Below are positions 43,102 to 47,740 of a stretch of 47,740 bases of DNA, piece after piece (the stretch's first letter is position 1; each line of letters begins with the position of its first letter). The translations under genes were made by a program, and so were the position numbers. Source of the DNA: a virus (taxonomy: Duplodnaviria > Caudoviricetes); IMG/VR virus record IMGVR_UViG_3300033485_000026, positions 1-47,740 of that record; one strand, 5' to 3'. The notes beneath the pieces are model-generated. The model had not been told where the DNA came from and searched no databases. It saw nothing but the letters and a program-made list of their open reading frames with translations.

Positions 43102-44343
43102 CTAGGTCTGCCTCATGGCCGCGTACTCGTCCGGGTGAGCGGACTTCATGTGGCCTTGCAGACCCAGGTTGCTCTTGAACGAGTCCTTGCCGCAGAACTC
43201 GCATTTGTGTGTCCCGAGGACCGCATCGTAGACCATGAGCGTGTGCTTGATCTCATCGTCCATGTACCGGCGATGCTCGATGGCCTCCTGGTGCAACTTG
43301 TCCCAGTCGGCCTCCTTCATCTTGGCGATGAGCGTGTCCATGTCGTTCGCGTACACCCCGGCCTTGCCATCCATGAACTTCTCGACAGCAGGGACGTTGC
43401 AGGCGGCGATCGGAAGACCCGCCATGAGGTACTCGAACACCTTGTTGGGCATACACGCATCGCCCTTGTCGGTCTTGATGTCGGTCCCGACGAATCCCCA
43501 CTTGTAGGTGGTGAGGTGCTTGACCATCGTGTGATACGGCATCATCAGGTGCGCCCCTGGATACGCGCCGAACGCATTGGTCGGCACGAACAGGTCGAAC
43601 TTGATGTCCGCTTTCGCGAACTTGTCGGCCACGACGGTATGGTCACGGAACCTGTTGGCGTTACTCGCATTGGGATGCGACCCGCCCTGGTAGACGACGC
43701 CCCTTCGGGCTCCCGTCTTCGGCATGGGCGGTGTCCACTTACGCATGGGGCATGACATCGTGATCGTCTCTGGTGCCTGCCAGCGGTGCAGTTTCCACGC
43801 GAGGTCGCGGTGTTCCTTGCCGACGTGGATGATGGCGTCTGCCCGCTCGAAGGCGAACAGTTCGTCGGGCTGCACCGAGAATGTGCGGTAATACTGCAAG
43901 TCGTGGCAGTCGTAGACGATGGGCCGGCCATTCGCCGCGGCATCGGCGTAGAGCATGAGCCGGTCGGGTTCATTGTGGACGTGGATGATCTTCGCGCCCG
44001 AGGAGGCGATGAGTTCGGTCATCTCCTGCTCGTGCCTGACTATCTCGAGCCTGTCGAAGCCCTCGAGAATCCCGGGCATGTGGAGCGAGAGCGAATCGAC
44101 CCGCCAGCCGAGCGAGTGGAGCGCGGCGGCCTGCTTCGCGACACGGGTGCAACAATGCCGCGACACCATCAGGACGTGCTTCTCCTCGCTGGACTCCCAG
44201 TCGGGCCCCGCATCCGCGAAGCCGCTGGCTATCCATCGGTCGGCAGCGTTGCTCTCTACCATGACCCAGTCCCCCGCCTGCTGTTTACGGCCATTCACGA
44301 GGAGGGGTTTCCTCAGTCTGATGGCCTTCTTGGTCCTTCTCAA
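43102..44343 (-). CDS. GT-B (GT4-like) glycosyltransferase with N-terminal head-accessory-like domain and C-terminal C2H2 finger
   Basis: IIHVHNEP, IVYDCHD, VVYQGG, PNKVFEYLMAGLPI, CEFCGK.F...GLQGHMKSAH. Confidence 0.85.
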   Translation of the reverse strand: MRRTKKAIRLRKPLLVNGRKQQAGDWVMVESNAADRWIASGFADAGPDWESSEEKHVLMVSRHCCTRVAKQAAALHSLGWRVDSLSLHMPGILEGFDRLEIVRHEQEMTELIASSGAKIIHVHNEPDRLMLYADAAANGRPIVYDCHDLQYYRTFSVQPDELFAFERADAIIHVGKEHRDLAWKLHRWQAPETITMSCPMRKWTPPMPKTGARRGVVYQGGSHPNASNANRFRDHTVVADKFAKADIKFDLFVPTNAFGAYPGAHLMMPYHTMVKHLTTYKWGFVGTDIKTDKGDACMPNKVFEYLMAGLPIAACNVPAVEKFMDGKAGVYANDMDTLIAKMKEADWDKLHQEAIEHRRYMDDEIKHTLMVYDAVLGTHKCEFCGKDSFKSNLGLQGHMKSAHPDEYAAMRQT

Positions 44344-44362
44344 TGCTCCCCCTTCGGGTGGA

Positions 44363-44399
44363 GCGGGACGGGATGCCAGTCACCAACAGCCCGTCCCGC
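44363..44399 (-). terminator. Hairpin after the major capsid gene (partial terminator or mRNA stabiliser)
   Basis: 10-bp stem GCGGGACGGG/CCCGTCCCGC, no U-tract. Confidence 0.55.
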
Positions 44400-44410
44400 C
44401 TAGTCCGACA

Positions 44411-45355
44411 CTACGGAGTGGCGATCGTGGTGTCGGGAGTTCCCGGCGTGTTGGTGAAGCCGGTCGTCACGAGCGCGGCGAGCGCGTCCGACTTGGTCGG
44501 ACGGAAGCCGGCGAACATCGTTGCACGGAGGGCGACCATGTCGAGTTCGGCGAGGGAGAGCGGGTTGCCGCTTCCATCGACGACCGTGGTCAGGGTTGCC
44601 TCGGTGAGCAACTTGTAGGTGATGCCTTCCACGATGGAGTAGTGGACGGTTGACCAGTCACCCAGGATCGCGGTGACGTGGTCCTGCCAGGACGCGGCGT
44701 CCGTGTAGTACACGAGGTCGGTGCCGTAGACGGTATCGACCATGTCGCGGGTCATGGCAGGCTGGAAGATCGGGGCGTCCTGCTGGTCACGCAGACCACG
44801 CAGACGGGGCTTGATGCTCCGCAGCGTGAGCGTGGCCGTGGGCGCGTAGTTGTGCGTCTCGATCTCGCCCATCGTCAGGTTGAGGTCGTCGGCCAGGTCA
44901 ACGCCTGTACCCTCGACCACGAACTGACCGCTGACGGCGATCTGCTGGAGAACGTCGGTGTTGTACGGGCTCGACGTTCCGAACAAGGCAGCCGAGTCGA
45001 ACGTGATGGCGAACGCCTCGACGATGTCCTCCTTGATCTCGCCCCACACATCGAGGGGATTCCCGATGAGGTCACGTTCCTTCACGGGAACGATGACGGC
45101 GATCTCGTGGGCGAACATGTTGATCTGCGACCAGGCCGCTGCATCGGCGGTCTTGCGCTCCAGGTCGTCCACCCAGTACCCGGACGGGCCTGAGTCGCGG
45201 ACGTTGTAGGTCTTCTGCAAGGTGCGCTGAGGCACCTGGCGGGCGACCTGCATGATCGCGGAGCGATGACGCACGTCCTTGATGATGCCGGCAGCGACCT
45301 CCTCCGGTACGAACTGGGTCGGGTCGGTGACGGCTGACCATGCGGTGATTGCCAT
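44411..45355 (-). CDS. Major capsid protein (HK97 fold)
   Basis: VPEEVAAGII, YWVDD, EIAVIVPV, FDSAALFG, LRDQQDAPIF, GDWS, DMVALRA. Confidence 0.93.
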   Translation of the reverse strand: MAITAWSAVTDPTQFVPEEVAAGIIKDVRHRSAIMQVARQVPQRTLQKTYNVRDSGPSGYWVDDLERKTADAAAWSQINMFAHEIAVIVPVKERDLIGNPLDVWGEIKEDIVEAFAITFDSAALFGTSSPYNTDVLQQIAVSGQFVVEGTGVDLADDLNLTMGEIETHNYAPTATLTLRSIKPRLRGLRDQQDAPIFQPAMTRDMVDTVYGTDLVYYTDAASWQDHVTAILGDWSTVHYSIVEGITYKLLTEATLTTVVDGSGNPLSLAELDMVALRATMFAGFRPTKSDALAALVTTGFTNTPGTPDTTIATP

Positions 45356-45360
45356 GTAGA

Positions 45361-45912
45361 CTAACCTCCTCTTACGGCTTTGATGAGAGCGGCGGCCATC
45401 TTCTCATCAGGCGAGCCGCTCATGCTTCCTGCACCTGCGGGGTTGGAGCCTGCACCGAGGGTGTTCGGAGGCTCGGCCTCTGTCGTCCTGATGAACGGCA
45501 GTAGCGCCTCCACCTCCGCTCCGATCGCCTCCTCGTCGTTGCCGACGAGTTTGTCGATGAGCGGCTCCGGCAAGCCCTTCTCTCGTCCGATCCTGGCTCT
45601 GAGGTTCGCCAGCCGCATCGACTCGGCAGCCGCCTGCGCTTCCGCAGCGGCCTTCTCGAGTTCCTCGATGCGCTTGGCTGCCTTCTCCAGTTCGGACATC
45701 TGGGCTTCTTCGAGGTCCTTCGCCTTCTTGAGCGCGGACTGCAAGTCCTCCTCGGACTTGAACCCGTGCTTCTTGAGGAAGGCTGTCCTCGCCTCCACGC
45801 GGGCGCTGCCGACCAGTCGGTTGACCTCGTCCTGCGTGAGAGTTGTCCCGCCGGGCTCTGCCTCGACGGTGGTTGTGGCGGACTCGGTGGTAGTTACGTC
45901 GTCCTCAGCCAT
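45361..45912 (-). CDS. Capsid scaffolding protein
   Basis: TQDEVNRLV, MSELEKA coiled coil. SD AAGGAGG. Immediately upstream of the capsid gene. Confidence 0.85.
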   Translation of the reverse strand: MAEDDVTTTESATTTVEAEPGGTTLTQDEVNRLVGSARVEARTAFLKKHGFKSEEDLQSALKKAKDLEEAQMSELEKAAKRIEELEKAAAEAQAAAESMRLANLRARIGREKGLPEPLIDKLVGNDEEAIGAEVEALLPFIRTTEAEPPNTLGAGSNPAGAGSMSGSPDEKMAAALIKAVRGG

Positions 45913-45973
45913 CGGTTCTCCTCCTTGAGCCGTGGGAGTCACGTTCCGCGAGCAAACATACCCCTAGCGGTAT

Positions 45974-46738
45974 TCACCCCGCAACGGGTACGAGGCTGTG
46001 GCGGCATCGGGGGTGGAAGACGCCGTACACCCTGATGGCCTCGTCCAGGCTCAGGATCGGTTCTCCGTGGTACTCCTTCGTCGCGCCTGTGACGGAGTAC
46101 GGACCTCCGAACACCGATGGCGGACAGCCGTCCGGGTAGTCCAGCGGACCCACGATCGCGACGAGGTCGCCGCCTTCTGATACCACCCGGTCTTTGACAC
46201 CGGCGAGTTCCGCATCCATCGTCGTCGTTCTGGCGGCCATCTCAGCATAGGTCTTGAGTTTCCACCTCCGGCCAGCGGCATCGGTGAATCCGGTTATGCC
46301 GTACTCCCGCAAGGTGGCCTCCATCTGGCGGGCGAGTTCGTCTGCCATGAGGCCCTGGCGGTTCGCCTGGAACTGCGCGAGCGCCTCGCGCCGGGCGGTC
46401 GCGTTCTCGAAGTTCGCCACGAGGTCATCGACGCGGCGGGCCGCAGTCAGGCTCATCTGATAGAACCGCGTGTCGGATGACTGGTAGAGGTTCTGGAAAC
46501 TCACATCCCAGAGCGGGGTCACAGAGCCGTAGAGTTGGGGGATCGCCTCTGTGTTCCAGAGGGCGCTCTCGCGGTAGGCGTCCCAGATGAGCGCCTTCGC
46601 CTCCTCGCCGGCCATGTAGACGCGCTGCGCGGAGCCGGTCGCTAGTGCGGCGATGAGGAGCGCGAGGATTGCCTCATCGACTTGCTCGTAGAGGTCATCG
46701 ACGCGACGGGCCTGGGCCTCGCGCTCCTCGTAAGACAT
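45974..46738 (-). CDS. Minor capsid protein (MuF / Phage_min_cap2-like)
   Basis: GFTDAAGRRWKLKTYAEMAART and FHPRCRHSL. Follows the portal gene. Confidence 0.85.
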   Translation of the reverse strand: MSYEEREAQARRVDDLYEQVDEAILALLIAALATGSAQRVYMAGEEAKALIWDAYRESALWNTEAIPQLYGSVTPLWDVSFQNLYQSSDTRFYQMSLTAARRVDDLVANFENATARREALAQFQANRQGLMADELARQMEATLREYGITGFTDAAGRRWKLKTYAEMAARTTTMDAELAGVKDRVVSEGGDLVAIVGPLDYPDGCPPSVFGGPYSVTGATKEYHGEPILSLDEAIRVYGVFHPRCRHSLVPVAG

Positions 46739-46741
46739 AGA

Positions 46742-47740
46742 CTACTCCTGGGCCGCTGGCTCGGATTGCTCGTTGGGAGCCATCCTGATCGCGGGCGGTG
46801 GTGCCACGGGTTCGGGTTTGTCGTCCTCGATACGCTCGAGTTCGGCCTCGAGTTGATCGCCCTCGAGTCCATCGAGTCGGATGACGGAGGATTGGATCGA
46901 CGTGTTGCCGGCTGCGATGCGCGTCTGCTCCACCTGCGCGGATTCCATCGGGTCCTCGGGGAGTCCGTCTCGCCACACGATGTCGAGGTCGGAGAGCATC
47001 GTGCCCTCGAGTTCTGCGGCGGTCGCGAGCATATCCTTGACCACCGTGTCGTAGGTGAGGCGCAGGCGGTTCACCGCAGCGAGCGGGGAGATGAGCAGGC
47101 GCTTCAAGGCCGAGCCTGATTCGGCCATGCCCTGCTCGAGTTTCCCAAAGAGCGCGGGGCAGGTGTCGGTCGCCGCATAGAGTTCCTCGCGCAGCAACTT
47201 TATCATCTCGATGTTGTTCAGGAGGTCGCCATTCCAGGTCACATAGCCTGGTGCCTGGTCTTCCTGCTCGAGCGGGTAGAACTGGCCGGCTTTGACCTGC
47301 CAGGCTCCTGTCGAGGGGTTCTGCTCAAGCGCGGCGGCGGGTCCGTACATACCAGGGTCGGTATGCTTATCAAGCACCCGAGCCATCTGACCATAGCGGA
47401 CCTCCAACTCCGAGAGGATCGAGTCGGCATCGCCAAAGATCGAGTGCCCGTAGAGTTCGGCGGAGGTGCGCCAGTTCGGGGCGTGGAACACGAGCATCCC
47501 CGATACCCCCGAGGGTACTTGCTCGACCGAGGTGATTCGCTGGATGCGGCTGCCGTCGTAGTTCAGCGTGAACGTGTAGTTGGTGACCGTCCCCGGCTCG
47601 TGCAACTCTGCCTTGCCCACCCACCGCGGCAGCGATTTCGTCCCCTGGTTGACCTTCCACGCCAGCAGGTGCCCGACGATCTCGCGAATGTCGTCCTCCT
47701 CCACGACCGGGAACCAGTAGCCGGGCGGCTGGATCACGAG
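46742..47740 (-). CDS. Portal protein, C-terminal part (SPP1 gp6-like)
   Basis: YGHSIF, YVTWNG, ESGSALK, IVWRDGLPED, ELERIE. Continues from 1..396. Confidence 0.9.
   Translation of the reverse strand, partial: LVIQPPGYWFPVVEEDDIREIVGHLLAWKVNQGTKSLPRWVGKAELHEPGTVTNYTFTLNYDGSRIQRITSVEQVPSGVSGMLVFHAPNWRTSAELYGHSIFGDADSILSELEVRYGQMARVLDKHTDPGMYGPAAALEQNPSTGAWQVKAGQFYPLEQEDQAPGYVTWNGDLLNNIEMIKLLREELYAATDTCPALFGKLEQGMAESGSALKRLLISPLAAVNRLRLTYDTVVKDMLATAAELEGTMLSDLDIVWRDGLPEDPMESAQVEQTRIAAGNTSIQSSVIRLDGLEGDQLEAELERIEDDKPEPVAPPPAIRMAPNEQSEPAAQE
47732..47740. repeat. 9-nt terminal overlap with bases 1-9 (circular assembly join)
   Basis: GATCACGAG at both ends. Merging the copies restores the portal frame. 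Confidence 0.85.

Noticed and set aside
1-47740. tRNA/rRNA genes or an alternative genetic code
   Set aside because: No cloverleaf or rRNA-like segment was recognised. Conserved genes are intact under the standard code and use all three stop codons.

Overview
The window appears to be a complete, circularised ~47.7-kb genome of a GC-rich siphovirus-type tailed phage. The first and last 9 nt (GATCACGAG) overlap, and the portal gene reads in frame across the join. The r1t-type holin, Amidase_3 endolysin and Dit/Tal tail suggest a monoderm, probably actinobacterial, host (inference). Most genes are on the minus strand: PAPS-reductase-like gene, small ORFs, sugar-modification cluster A, terL, portal, head genes, sugar-modification cluster B with a Thr/Asp-repeat fibre, neck, tail, lysis, YqaJ/RecT, a replication-initiator fragment with three DnaA boxes, radical SAM, RusA-like and TerS-like genes. 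A plus-strand block of small early-type genes spans 9273-15910. I recognised no integrase, CI-type repressor, DNA polymerase, tRNA or CRISPR array. The four most notable observations are: (1) a 28-bp dif-like XerCD site at 8836-8863 with KOPS-like octamers converging on it; (2) an early region lacking GAGGT/ACCTC and CTCGAG for ~7.4 kb and GAGG/CCTC for ~2.2 kb, with matching changes in codons and Shine-Dalgarno sequences; (3) about eleven glycan-building, methylating or hydrolysing genes interleaved with the virion genes next to a 38-repeat Thr/Asp protein, suggesting a virion glycosylation and fibre system; (4) short identical sequence islands at gene junctions and between inverted paralogues. 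All family assignments come from recognising motifs by eye and all counts are manual; no searches were run.
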